Assembly: GCF_036321535.1 (NCBI RefSeq)
Contig: NC_087469.1
Span: forward strand, 13,268,001 to 13,332,000
Length of the DNA: 64,000 nucleotides
Source of the DNA: Camelus dromedarius
Taxonomy: Eukaryota
Reading direction: 5' to 3'
Below, piece by piece: positions 34,213 through 46,881 of this stretch. The translations under genes were made by a program, and so were the position numbers. Numbering within the stretch: the stretch's first letter is position 1; the number at the start of each line of letters is the position of its first letter. Below the pieces are notes generated by a model that made no database searches, was not told the origin of the DNA, and saw nothing but the letters and a program-made list of their open reading frames with translations.

Positions 34213-34938
34213 TTCTGAATTCTGTTGATATGAATGTCCTTGTTTTGAGATGGAAGCCCAGGGGTGTAAGATCGGCTACTTTCCTTCCCATTTCGGGCAG
34301 TCCTGAGATGTAAGTGAAACTGTTGAGAGGACGTGTTCAGTGGGGAGCAGAGGGTGTTTAGAGGTTAGGAGGCCCAGGAAGTGCAGTATCTCAGGCAGTA
34401 AATTCCCTCTTCCTGCACAGACTCCTGCTTTTCTACATTTATGGCTCTTACTCTGTGACATGGGGTAGGAAGTTAACCTCTCCTAGCCTTTGGTCCCTTT
34501 CGGGTTAGAGACAATCTTCTTGGTTCCCATGCCACCAGGTCTAGTCTGCATTAGAGGCCAGCCTAGAGACTAGGGTCTCTGCCTACAGTTTTACTGGTAA
34601 GGGGAGGGCTTAAGTGAATGAAGAAATGATGAGATGAGAGAAGGAAGATTCTGTTCTAGTCCATCCCTCTCATCCCTCGGTTTTTCCAGGCAGCACTGCC
34701 TCCCTTCGTATGCTAAGTGTCTGATGCTCTTTGCTTAGCTTATCAAGACTCATCCAGGCAAAGTCCATGTCACTTACTATCATGGTAATGGTAAAGGCAG
34801 ATTCTGTGAGTCCAGGCGGGGCTAGTCTCAGACATGCCCAGTACATACATTCTCCTGTAGGATGAGACATCGTGAGAAGATCTGTTTTTCTCTAACGTAA
34901 CCCTTTTCTCCCATGTCCACAGATTCTCTTAGAGAAGA

Positions 34939-35870
34939 ATGGCTCCTGGAAACGATTCTTTCGTGACTGAATTTATTCTAGTGGAGTTAACAGACCATCG
35001 AGATCTCCAAGTTCCCTTGTTTATCCTGTTTCTAGTAATGTATATAGTCACTGTGTTGGGAAATTTGGGCTTGATAACTCTAATTGGGCTGAATTCACAC
35101 CTACACACCCCCATGTACTTTTTCCTCTTTAACTTGTCCTTTATAGATCTTTGCTTTTCTTCAGTATTTACACCAAAAATGCTGATGAATTTCGTGTCAA
35201 AGAAGAATATTATTTCTTACATGGGGTGCATGACTCAGCTCTACTTTTTCTCTTTTTTGTCATTTCTGAATGCTACGTGTTGACATCAATGACCTATGAT
35301 CGCTATGTGGCCATCTGTAAGCCACTGTTGTATAACATTACCATGTCCCGTGCAGTGTGTTCTAGGCTTGTTTTTGGTTCATACTCGATGGCGTTTTCTG
35401 GCAGTATGGCTCACACTGGATGCATGTTGAGACTGTCCTTCTGTGATGCAAATACCATCAACCACTACTTCTGTGACATCCTCTCTCTGCTCCAGCTCTC
35501 CTGCACCAGCACCTACATCAATGAGATGGTGGTTTTCATCGTGGTGGGCATCAACATCATTGTGCCCAGTCTCACCATCTTTGTCTCATATGGTCTCATC
35601 CTCTCCAGCATCTTTCGCATCAGCTCCACAGAAGGCAGGTCCAAAGCCTTCAGCACCTGCATTTCCCACATTATTGCTGTTTCTCTGTTCTTTGGATCAG
35701 GTTTATTTATGTATCTCAAACCATCTTCCGCTGAGTCAATGGATGAGGGAAAAATATCTTCTGTCTTTTATACTAATGTGGTTCCCATGATGAACCCCTT
35801 AATCTACAGTTTGAGGAACAAAGATGTTAAAATTGCTCTGAGAAAAACTCTGAGGAGAAGAAAGTTTTGA
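34939..35870 (+). pseudogene. OR8B-subfamily olfactory receptor with a single 1-bp frameshift (pseudogene or homopolymer error)
   Basis: Two overlapping ORFs (34939-35283 and 35151-35870) join into a full OR8B-like protein ([14 protein letters not shown]...[18 protein letters not shown]...[10 protein letters not shown]...GRSKAFSTC...[15 protein letters not shown]) if one T is added to the T6 run at 35253-35258. Confidence 0.88.
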
Positions 35871-36829
35871 CAAATCAGTCTCGGTGCAGGTAGTCATAGG
35901 AGATGAGATTCCCTTTGTTGCAGCCTTCTTGTCCTGTTTCTTTCTCACCATCGCGAAGGAAATTTGAGTCTCCTCTCAAGTTGTTTCTGATTTGTAGGTC
36001 TTCTTTCTTTCATCACCATTTTTACAATTTCCTTTCCCTCATGTTTCCTATTTAAAAAAAAAATAAGAAATAAACTTGTCTCTTTTCTCAAGTTATCTTA
36101 TGGATTTTGTTTTTTTTTTTTTTCCAACTTGGAAAAAGATAAATGGTTCTGCTAGTGATCAGTAAAGGAACACTAGTGTGACTTTAAAGTCTTTTAAAAG
36201 TATAAAATAAATATCCAGTAAATCCACACTGATATAAGTAAGCGTTTGAAATAAAATATGATAAAAGGTGTAATTAGGAAACATTCTGGTCTTTAACAAG
36301 AGGACCATTTTTGTTATGCCCCGAAAAATCAACGCTTTCGCACTGACTTCGGAACAGCTGTGTCTTAGTACACAGGCTCCCATGGTTTACCTGTTTGATT
36401 CTCAGCTGTGACAACTTCAGTAGAATTGTGCTTTCTCTCATAACTCCTTTTGTTACATTTCATGTAATAGATAGAACAAAAAACTAAAAAATGACAATTC
36501 TGTACTGTGCATGCAAAACAACTGACTTGTTTCCTCTGACATATCCCTCCTTTCAAAAGAAGTCCAAATAGCTATATAGTACTTACATGCACTAACTAAA
36601 AAATCAGATTTCCTCTGTTAAAGTTTTGCCATTCTTAACTTTCAAAATCTGTATGTAAGTCTGTTTTTCTGACTAATCTTTTGCAAAATAATCTGAAAGA
36701 ATGAAACCTAGTTTTAAAGAACATTTTTTTTCTGAAATTAAAACAGATTTCACTGGTATTTTAGGTCTTATCAAATAAGAGAATAAGGACCAGTTTTTTG
36801 GGGATGGGGGAAGTAATTTTTTTCACTTC

Positions 36830-36899
36830 AAAAAAAACTGAAGTATAGTCATTTTACCATGTTGTGTCAGTTGCTGGTGTACAGCATAGTGTTTCAGTC

Positions 36900-36930
<31 letters not shown>

Positions 36931-39390
36931 AACATACTCCTTTTGATATTCTTTGTCATCATAGGTTACTACAGAATATTGACTATAGTTCCTCCTGCTA
37001 TAGGAGAAGAGAAGAAACTTGTTGTTTATTTTATATATAATAGTTAGTATCTGCAAATCTCTAACTACTATTTTATCCCTTCCCACCCCTTGCCCCTGGT
37101 AACCTTAAGTTTATTTTCTATGTCTGTGAGTCTGTTTCTGTTTTGTAAGTAAGTTCACATATAAGTGATATCATATGGTATTCTTNNNNNNNNNNNNNNN
37201 NNNNNNNNNNNNNNNNNNNNNNNNNNNNNNNNNNNNNNNNNNNNNNNNNNNNNNNNNNNNNNNNNNNNNNNNNNNNNNNNNNNNNNNNNNNNNNNNNNNN
37301 NNNNNNNNNNNNNNNNNNNNNNNNNNNNNNNNNNNNNNNNNNNNNNNNNNNNNNNNNNNNNNNNNNNNNNNNNNNNNNNNNNNNNNNNNNNNNAAATTTC
37401 AAAATACCTTTTCGAATTGAAGTTCCCTTTGGATACATGCCCAGGAGTGGGATTGCTGTCTCATATGGTATGTCTGTTTTTAGTTTTTTGAGGATTCTCC
37501 AAACTGTTTTCCATAATGGCTGCACCAAACTGCATTCCCACGGACAGTGTCGGAGGATTCCCTTTTCTCCACACCCTCTCCAGCATTTATTGTTTGTTGA
37601 CCTTTTAACGATGGCTGTGCTGACTAGTGTGAGATGATACCTCTTTTTAGTTTTGCTTTGCATTTCTTTGATAATTCTTTGATGTAGAGCATTTTTTTCA
37701 TGTGCTTATTGGCCATTTGTATGTCTTCATTAGAGAATTGCTTATTTAGGTCTTCTGCCCATTTTTGGATTGGGTTGTTTGGTTTTTTCTCATTAAGTTG
37801 TATGAGCTGTTTGTATATTCTGGAAATTAAGCCCTTGTCAGCCGCATCGTTTGCAAATATTTTCTCCCATTCCATAGATTGTCTTTTCATTTTGTTTATG
37901 GTTTCCTTTGCTGTGCAACAGCTTATAAGTTTAATTAGGTCACATTTGTTTATTTTTGCTTTTATTTCTATTGCCTGGGTAGATTGCCTTAGGAACACAT
38001 TGCTAAGATTTTTGTCGGATAATGTTTTGCCTGTGTTTTCTTCTAAGAGGTTTATAGTGTCTTGTCTTATGTTTAAGTTTTTAAGCCATTTTGAGTTTAT
38101 TTTTGTATATGGTGTGAGGGAGTGTTTTAATTTCATTGATTTACATGTGGCTATCCAGTTTTCCCAGCACCACTTGTTGAAGAGACTGTTCTTTTTCTAT
38201 TGTATATTCTTGCCTCCTTTGTTGAAGATTAATTGACTCTAAGTATGTGGGTTTATTTCTGGGCTCTCTGTTCTGTTCCATTGATCCATATGTCTGTTTT
38301 TGTGCCAATACTACGCTGTTTTGATTACTGTAGCTCTTTAGTATTGTCTGAAGTCTGGGAGGGTTATTCCTCAGCTTCGTTCTTTTTCTTCAGTATTGCT
38401 TTGGCAATTCTGAGTCTTGTGATTCCATGTAAATTTTAGGATGATGTGTTTTAGTTCTGTTAACAATGTCATGGGTAATTTCATACAGATAGCATTAAAT
38501 CTGTAGATTGCTTTGAGTAGTATGGCCATTTTAACAATATTGATTCTTCCACCCAAGAGCATAAGATATCTTTCCATTTATTTAAATCATCTTTAATTTC
38601 TTTAATCATTGTTTTGTAGTTCTCCATGTATAAATCTTTCATCTCCTGGGTCAGGTTTGTTCCTAGGTTGATTGGTTTGTTTGTTTGTTATTTGATGTGA
38701 TTTTAAAAGGGATTTTTTTTTTTTTTTACTTTCCTTTTCTCACATTTCATTGTTAGTGTAAAGAAATGCAACTGACTTCTGTATGTTAATCTTGTATCCT
38801 GCTACCTTGCCGAATTCTTTTATTAGCTCTAGTATTTTTTGTGTGGATTTTCTATATATAGTATCATGTCACTTGCATATAGCGATAATTTTACAGAATC
38901 TTTTGCATTTATGTTCATCAGTGATATTAGCCTGTAATTTTCTTTTTTGGTAGTGCCTTTGTCTAGTTTTGGTATCAGAGTGATGGTGGCTTCATATAAT
39001 GAGTTTGGGAGTGTTCCCTCCTCTTCAGTCTTTTGAAAGAGTTTGGGAAGGATTGGTATGAGTTCTTCTTTGTATGTTTGGTAGAATTCTTCAGTGAAGC
39101 CATCTGTTCCTGGACTCTTGTTTGCAGGGAGATGTTTTATTGCTGATTCTATTTCATTTCTAGTGATCAGTCTGTTCAAATATTTCTTGATTAAGTTTTG
39201 ATGGACTGTATATTTCTAGAAACTTGTCCATTTCTTCTAGGTTGTGCAATTTGTTGCCATATAGTTGTTCATAGTATTCTCTTATTATTGTTATTATTAT
39301 TTTTGTATTTCTCTGGTGCTGATTGTAATTTCTCCACTTCCTGTTCTTATTTAATTTTTGTCCTCTCTTTTTTCTTCTTGGTGAGTAACC
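36830..39390 (-). mobile_element. 5'-truncated L1 (ORF2 plus 3'UTR), degenerate, spanning a gap
   Basis: ORF2 peptides: [72 protein letters not shown]. The 3'UTR contains a (TA)n(CA)n microsatellite at about 36900-36930. Confidence 0.9.
37186..37393. other. Assembly gap (208 N) inside the L1
   Basis: Run of N. Confidence 1.
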
Positions 39391-41099
39391 TCACCAAGAA
39401 GGACCAGTTTTAACCCACTCTTTGGGCCACCTCAAATACTAATAAAAATGCAACAGTATGAACGCACTCTGCATTGTCTACAGACATTCCCAAATAACAG
39501 ATATTGTTTGTCTACTGAGATATTCTTTTCTTTTGACATGGAAAACTTTTATAAAAACAGACAATCATTAAAAGAAAAGCAAAATGAAAAATCCAACCAA
39601 AATCAACACTTTCATATAAATAGAACTAGCTGAGTGAAAATCAAGAATATTGAGTCAGTGGATGCATGGGATATGAGTTGTCATTTAAAAGCCTTAAGTC
39701 AAGGATTTAGCAATGCTGAACATTTAAAAAGCAAACAAGCAAGCTGACAACCCAGCTATGCTAATTTCAAAATACTTAAATATTGAGTGGAGATTAGAAA
39801 AACAGTAAAGTAGTAAATGTTATTATAGTTATCTGAGAATATGTTTAAATTGTCTCTTGATACATCATATTAAGGATTTCTGAGTGGTTGTATTTTTCCT
39901 GTTATCTCAAAAGAAAAGTAACCTAACATCCTACTCTAAAAAAGACACTGTCAAAATTTAGTTTATTCATCAAATATTTCTCTCAAAATTATCATTGCTC
40001 TTTGGGCTGCAGTTTGAGGTCTTTGTACTTTTGAAATACATTTTGGAATACTGTATGGAAGTCAGCAGAACAGGAGTGCAGGTCTAAGTTTTAAAAATAT
40101 CAAATAACTTTAGCTTTTATCCTATCCAGAGAAATCTTGTGAGCCCCATAATATTTCTAGAGACTCCCAGGAAGTCATAGAAAGTCTTTCTTTTCTCCTT
40201 ATTTTGTTTTCTATTCCTTCTTTTTAACTTCAGTTTTAACAATTAGTAGTTTATCTCCTTGAGATGCTGTCCTCTCTCTCTTTCTACCTGGTTCCCGATG
40301 AATGTGGCCAGAGCCATTGGTCTTCATCCCCAAAACCACGGTTAATGTGTGGTCATTGTGTATTATAAGTTTTAATCAAAGATTTATGGACAGTGGAGGA
40401 TAATTACAGTATTCTACAGATCAGGATACAAATTCAGAATAAAATGTGGTTTCTAAATCTCATTGACATTCCCTTGAGGGGCCTCATTTATTGACTGTGT
40501 CTCTTTGGATTGTGAACTAATGAGACATTCCTGGGAAATTTTTCCTCCCTTGCCCTGTTCTCTGAATTATAAGACCCTGAAAATATTTCATTTCATAGTC
40601 TTTTTCTTTGTAGAAAAATTTAGCTTTCAAAACAAATGTTTTCTCATATGTTTACTAAAATAAAAATAAAATGAAGTCGGCAGAAAGTATACTAGAAAGA
40701 ATGGTAGACTTGAAATCAGGAGGCTAATAATCTATTCTAGATACTTCCGTAAAGAAGCTGTGTGACTAAATCATTAATCTCTCTGAGATCCGCTATTCTA
40801 TCCATATAATATATATTGACAATCTAATGTGCTACTTTGAATGTAGAAAGGTGAATATGAAATCTCTGAGGTAAATATGAAAGAATCCATGGTGTTTACA
40901 GCTGCAAAGTGGGGTATATTTCAGAGTGTTTATGGAATCTCCTATAATTGTGAAACACAGGCATTTGAAGGAGTCATTCCTGACCACTGTAGAGAGAGAG
41001 AAAAGAGTAGGGACAGATCATCTGAGTCATGCTTCTAATGGCACATTACCTGTAGCATTTAAGAAACTCCCCAGTGTGCAAGGTGTTACTTTATTCATT

Positions 41100-41760
41100 A
41101 TTAAAAGTCAATGACTTTTAAAGTTTGATCATGCCGAGTGTTGGCAAAGATTTGAAGCAGTCAGAACTCTCATACAGTACTGTGGGGAATGTGCAATGGA
41201 AAATCACTGTGGAAGATATTTTGATAGTTTTTAAAATAAATATATGGCCAAGCTATTTCACTGTTAGGTATTTATGCAGGAAAAATGAAAGCATATGCCC
41301 CTACATATACTTGTACACAAATGTTCATAACAACTTCATTTTTAATAGTCAAATATTTGAAATTTCCAAAATGTTCATCAACTGATCAATGAATACATAC
41401 ATAATTGTGGTGTATCTGTACAATAAGACTCAGCAGTAGAAAGGAATAGACTATTGATATACAAAACAACTTGAATGAATCTCAAAATTATTAAACTGAG
41501 TGAAAGAAGTCAGAGAGAAAAGAGTGCATGCTGTATGATTTCATGTATAAACAATTCTAGAAAATGCAAACTTACCTGTAGTGTCAGAAGATCAGTGGTT
41601 GCCTGAGTTACAGAGACATGCAGGGATGGGAGAGAGGTCTTATAAAGGGGCATCAAGAAACTTTTCGGGGACAGTAACTATGTCCATTCTCTTCATTGTG
41701 GTAATAGTTTCAAGAATGTATACCCTATGTGAAAGCATGTCTAATTGTGTGCTTCAAACA
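41100..41760 (+). mobile_element. Ancient L1ME/MB 3' end
   Basis: GAGTGTTGGCAAAGATTTGAAGCAG...GAACTCTCATAC..., AAATGTTCATAACAACTTCATT..., TGAGTGAAAGAAGTCAGA..., TCAGTGGTTGCC. Confidence 0.7.
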
Positions 41761-41787
41761 TTAGGATTTCAAGAAAAGACCCTCTGG

Positions 41788-41911
41788 ATGAATTAGGAGT
41801 TTGGGATTAACAAATCTGCACTACTATAAATAAAACAGATAAGCAGCAAGGACCTACTAAAAAGCACAGGGAACTATATTCAATATTTTGTAATAAAAGA
41901 ATCTGAAAAAG
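41788..41911 (+). mobile_element. 124-bp L1 3' stub with a perfect 16-bp TSD
   Basis: GGAGTTTGGGATTAACA...AGCACAGGGAACTATATTCAATAT flanked by AGAAAAGACCCTCTGG at 41772-41787 and 41912-41927. Confidence 0.85.
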
Positions 41912-42223
41912 AGAAAAGACCCTCTGGCTAAGGTCACTATAAGATGTAGTTAGCTAATGACTGAATGGAGATGTCCTTAAATTCCTTGAACCATGAAGTC
42001 TCCAAGTCTTTGTAAGGAGCCCTGTTTGTACTGGGTATGTTTTCAGTGTTCCAGCTTTCACTTCCCTACGTGCACAGAACTGCAAGATCAGCAGAGTGAG
42101 AAACTAGGACATCTCAGGTCTGTCTTGGGCTTGGAAACAGTTCTGCATATGTGTGTGGTCTTCCATATTCCCAGGAATATATCAGAGATTTTCAAAGGCC
42201 CCTATGTATCTCTCATTCCACAG

Positions 42224-42254
<31 letters not shown>

Positions 42255-42934
42255 TGCTCAACTTCTTGTTTGCCCCAACTCTTGCCACCATGTCAGGCAG
42301 CTGCAGTGTTGGCAAATTGCTGCTGATTTTGGCCACTGCCCTGGGAAATGCTGTTCCCAGTGAGAAAGCTCTGAGTCACGTCAACTAAACATGAACCCTG
42401 CAAGTAGGGGTTTCCAGTTAGCTGCCAGATGGGTCAAGTAATGACAGTTTTCTGCCAATGAGCTTTTTAGGGACTTCCAAACCCATTCTGCCCCTCTGGT
42501 AGTCGTGAGGCCGCTGATTTTCATGGCTACCATGATTACAAGGTTGTTGATTTTCAAAGCTCTACGTAAAGCTGGTGAGAGAGGGATAGGAATGGAGCAA
42601 GTTAGTGCCACAGAATTCTGTGTTCTTACTGAGATATAAATTTTTATAAATACACCTCAGATTGTTTCAAGACCTGGTTTCATTTCCAGAGTTCTGAAGA
42701 AAAATGATTTTTGACAATTTTTACCATTGTTCTCGTTAGTTTTATGCAGGAATAGATTTTTGGAGGTCCTTGCTCTGTCATTCTGGAAGTTCTTTAGTGA
42801 TTATAAGATACATGAAGGATCAGAATATAAAGAACAGTAGGTAAATTATTTGGAAATACAACCAATGTTATCTTAGAGATACTATGTCTGTGTGTATATG
42901 TTAGTGGCAGTGACCACGCACAGCAGAGGATTGT

Positions 42935-43420
42935 GTGTTTTCTGTTAATTTTTTGCCTTATAACAAAACATCTCAGAATTTAGTGTTTTAAAACGATAAC
43001 AATCATTTAGTTCATCACAAATCTGCATTTTGTGCCAGGTGTGGTGAGGAAGGCTCAGCCCTTCTTCACTTGGGGTAGGCTGAGTGAGATTAGATGGCTC
43101 AGTCACGTAGCTGGTAAGTCTGCACTCACTGTGGTCTGGGAACTTAGCTGCTGAGTTCCCAAGACTTCAGTACCTCTTCTTGTGGCTGTTTGCCCTTCCC
43201 CAGTGCATGGTGACTGCTTCCAAGAGCAAGTGGCTTAGAGAACCAGGAGGAGGCTGCATTGCCTTTAATGATCTCACATCAGATGTCACATAGCAGCTTC
43301 CACATTTAGCAGGGAATGTATGGACTGCCACCTCTTGATGGGACGGTGTCATAGTTTCTTTTTGGAAGTACATTTGAAATGGGAGATATTGTTGTGGTCA
43401 TCTTTGGAAAATACAGTCTG
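42935..43420 (-). mobile_element. MaLR LTR (MLT1F/G-like)
   Basis: TGCCTTATAACAAAACATCTCAGAATTTAGTG...GGCTCAGTCACGTAGCTGG...GGAGGCTGCATTGCCTTTAATGATCT...CCACCTCTTGATGGGA...CATCTTTGGAAAATACA is typical MLT1 reverse-strand text. Confidence 0.65.
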
Positions 43421-45324
43421 CTCCAATATCGTAGAATTTAGTAAACTTTTTGAGAGAGTGTGTGTGTGTTTGTGTGTAATGGAGAGTAATCTGAGTTCAG
43501 GGTCCCTATTAAAAGTTTGGGGAATCCTTATATCAAAGAGAACCTCCTTGATTAAAAACTAGTAAAGCTGGTTCTTGAACACTGACTCCAAAGCTTATAT
43601 ATTTGTATAACATTCTGGGCAAATATCTCATAATAGCTTCTCTAAAATCTGTGTTCTCCTGGCTTTAATGTTTTAAGACGTTTATCCTAATTTATATAGC
43701 AGACATTATGTTAGTAATAATTAAAGTGGGAGGTGGAGAAACCTGACAATGAAAATTCTAAGTAATAGAATATTTTGAAAGAAATACTATTTCATTAAAT
43801 TCTAGCATTGCCAGTGGGGACGGGGGACAAAACTATATGATTTACAGATTTTCACATTATTTAAACAATAGCCAGAAATCCTAAGAAACCTGCATATTCA
43901 TTATTTGAATGCCATTGCTACTGTGGAAGTCCTTCATTCTGTGAGAATATTTAGTCTACCTGATTACACGCATCATGATTTCATTTTACACTGTACCTTC
44001 AGGGATACTGATGAACCTCTCCCTCAGAAGCTCCCTGCTATAGGATGACCAGTAGTAAGAATGCTAAGTTACTCACTCTTGTAGTGTGTCCTTCCCTGCA
44101 AACTATCATGTCCAAATAATGTTTTTGTTTCCTGTCCATTTGACATATTTGCCATCAAGAAAATATCAGTTTGTTACCTCTTAGCATTGGAGGGAAAATA
44201 ATAGTCTTAGGTCGCCGTCTGCCTCTTGTCAAGTGTTGTTTTCATTTTAATCAGTACTAATTAATTCTCTAGTCCTTTTCCCTTTAAATTTCAGGTGAAC
44301 TTGTAATAGTGTAAATACTCCAAATCTAAATTTAAAAATGACCCAAAGGTCAACATATCTGAAAGGAGAAAACCACTGAGATTAACACTTTTTTTTCTTC
44401 TTCCCCTACTGGATAAAAAACAAATTTTCTGACTTGATAACTTTACTGTGATCTGTCTTGTTCTATTTCCAGGTCTTGAATACTGGGCTGAACAGATATT
44501 TTACTGAGTTAACCTTTGTTTGGAACATATAAAAGGTAGAAAGCACCTGTGTTCTTAAAGTTCTTATCATCTAGTCGTGCACATGAAACATGCAAGAGCA
44601 AAGTAAGGCAGGATTTCTATTAGTGCCATTATGAAGGCCTATAATAAACCAATGAGATGGAAAACCCAGGCTGCCAGAGACAGACGTGAAGATACAAGAG
44701 CAGAGTTCAAGACGGTAAAAGATTCTTTCTAGATAGGCAGATATAAAAGTGTCAAGGCCAAAGTTGAGAAGGAAGGAATAATATAAGACTAGAATTGCAT
44801 AGCTACATTCGTCTTCCATTATTTATCCTATAATTTCAAGGAAGCAGCCATTTGACAAGGTAGATAAGTGCTTTAGGACAGGACCAAAGCTTGTTTTAGC
44901 ACTGTGTCCCATTTTGTATTTGGCTCTTCACATATTCTATCTGTGCTTAAAGTCTCCTCTCATGGGAATGACGGGTTTGCCTGGGCTACTTCTGGCCTTC
45001 TTATAGATGTATCAGTAACGCTGAGATACTGGAACAAGGGAGATAGCTCTGAATTTTAGATGAATGCTGCGTCTTCACTGCGTTTCTTTCTATTTCCAAT
45101 CATTTTCCCCTTCCAAGAATGCCAGGTTCAGACCCTGTATTTATTACAGGACTAGGTACTATTCAAAGGTCAAGGAGTCCTTATCTCGAAGAGAACCGCC
45201 CTTGGTTAAAAGTCTAAAATAACCTTGAGACTTCTAATGTAATTGGGAGTTCATAAATGACAGGGACTAGATTTGATTCTCTCTAAAATATTATCGTGCA
45301 ATTGAAGTATGTCATCTCTGGAGC

Positions 45325-45540
45325 CATACAGAGTTAATTGAGTCGGAATCCTGGCTTCAACTCTCACTGGTTGCATGGCTTTAGGAAAGTTATTTTACCT
45401 CACTTAGTTCCTTCATCTGTACAATTTAAGTGAATGGCATTCTCTTAAAATATAGTTCTAGGGAGGAATAATTAAGATAAAGCAACTGTCATAGTGCCTT
45501 GCACATACGTGCTTCAAAAATGATTACAGTTACTATTCCA
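45325..45540 (+). mobile_element. MIR SINE relic
   Basis: TCTGGAGCCATACAG...GAATCCTGGCTTCAACTCTCACTGG...CCTCACTT...TTCATCTGTACAAT...GTGCCTTGCACATA. Confidence 0.55.
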
Positions 45541-46000
45541 GTTCTAACAGTCTTTCCATTTTTCCCCAATTTTTTCCTTAATTTTTCTCCCTTAAAACAC
45601 TTCTAATATGATTCTGTAAAATGCCTCTCCATCGCCAATGTCATCATCAAAGTTAATGTTTTCTCTCGCGTCTAAGATGTTATAATAGTCTATTAACTGG
45701 TCATTCCAGAACCTGTCTCTTTTTTCCTCTCTCTTCTTATTTACCCCATGTTTTAGAAGTGAAAAATGTGGCTTCTCAGGATAAAGGTGTTCATACAGGA
45801 GAAGAAAAGGAGAAACAAAGAGGTAAAGTGTCTAGTATATAATCTAAACTCTTTAGCCTGGCATTCAAGGCCCTTCTCAGTCCATAGAGTAGTTTAGGGT
45901 CATTCATTCACTTTTTTGAATGCAGCATGACTACTTCCACTTCTATGGCAAGCTACTTTAACAAGAACCTTGAGTTATCTGTCACCTCAGAGTCTAGTTT

Positions 46001-46002
46001 TA

Positions 46003-46033
<31 letters not shown>

Positions 46034-46037
46034 TTTG
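46001..46037. repeat. (TA)n microsatellite followed by a T run
   Basis: About 12 TA units directly visible, then poly-T. Confidence 0.95.
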
Positions 46038-46881
46038 GTAGTTGCTTTCTCTGTGTTCAATGAAGATATCAAAATCTGGCTAGTTCTTCAGAGACAGTGT
46101 TAAGCTTAGCTTGTATATTAAGCACTCTGACTTTAACTTGTTTTGTAGGAAATGGAAACATTTGTAGCAAGCACTTAATATAGTATCTCATTTAGTTCTC
46201 ATAAAATCCTACCAAGTAGTTAATTTTAATCTTACTGTATTAGAAGAGCACACTGAGACACCAAGTTATATAAAATAAGCACAAGTTTCTACATCTAATG
46301 ACTGATGGAATCAGGATTAGAATACTGGTAGGTCCACCTGACTTCAAAATCCATGGTATTTCTACTACTTAGTTATATAGCATCTTGAGTGAGAAAATAA
46401 AGATAATGACACTGTCCTTGGGCAGGTTGCTTTTCTCCTTGTAGTTGTATTTTATTCTAAAAACTGTGGTTCCTTCTCTAGCCGGGAGACACAAAGATTC
46501 ATTTATTGTCTATGTCTGTATTTTCATTATCAGTGTTTTAAAATTTGCATTATATTTAATACAGTTATTTCATAAAAAGTTTTAAAAAGTCATTAAAATG
46601 AATGAGGATACGAATAGCATTTCACATACCTCTGAGCCCTAGAACTTAGATGTTAGAAATAATCTGGGCTTCACCTAATCCAGTCCTGTCCTTTTACAGA
46701 TGAAGAATTTGTGACTGAAACACTGAAACAGGTCACCTGGTGGAAGGGAGGGGAAAACAGTTCTTGGCTGAGCTGAAATTCAGTTTTTTTGATTTCCACT
46801 TGAATTATGTTCCCTTCTTCCCCTTTTGATAGGGGAATAGATGCTTTCCTGGCAGACAAATTAAGAGAATCGCAGTGCAGG

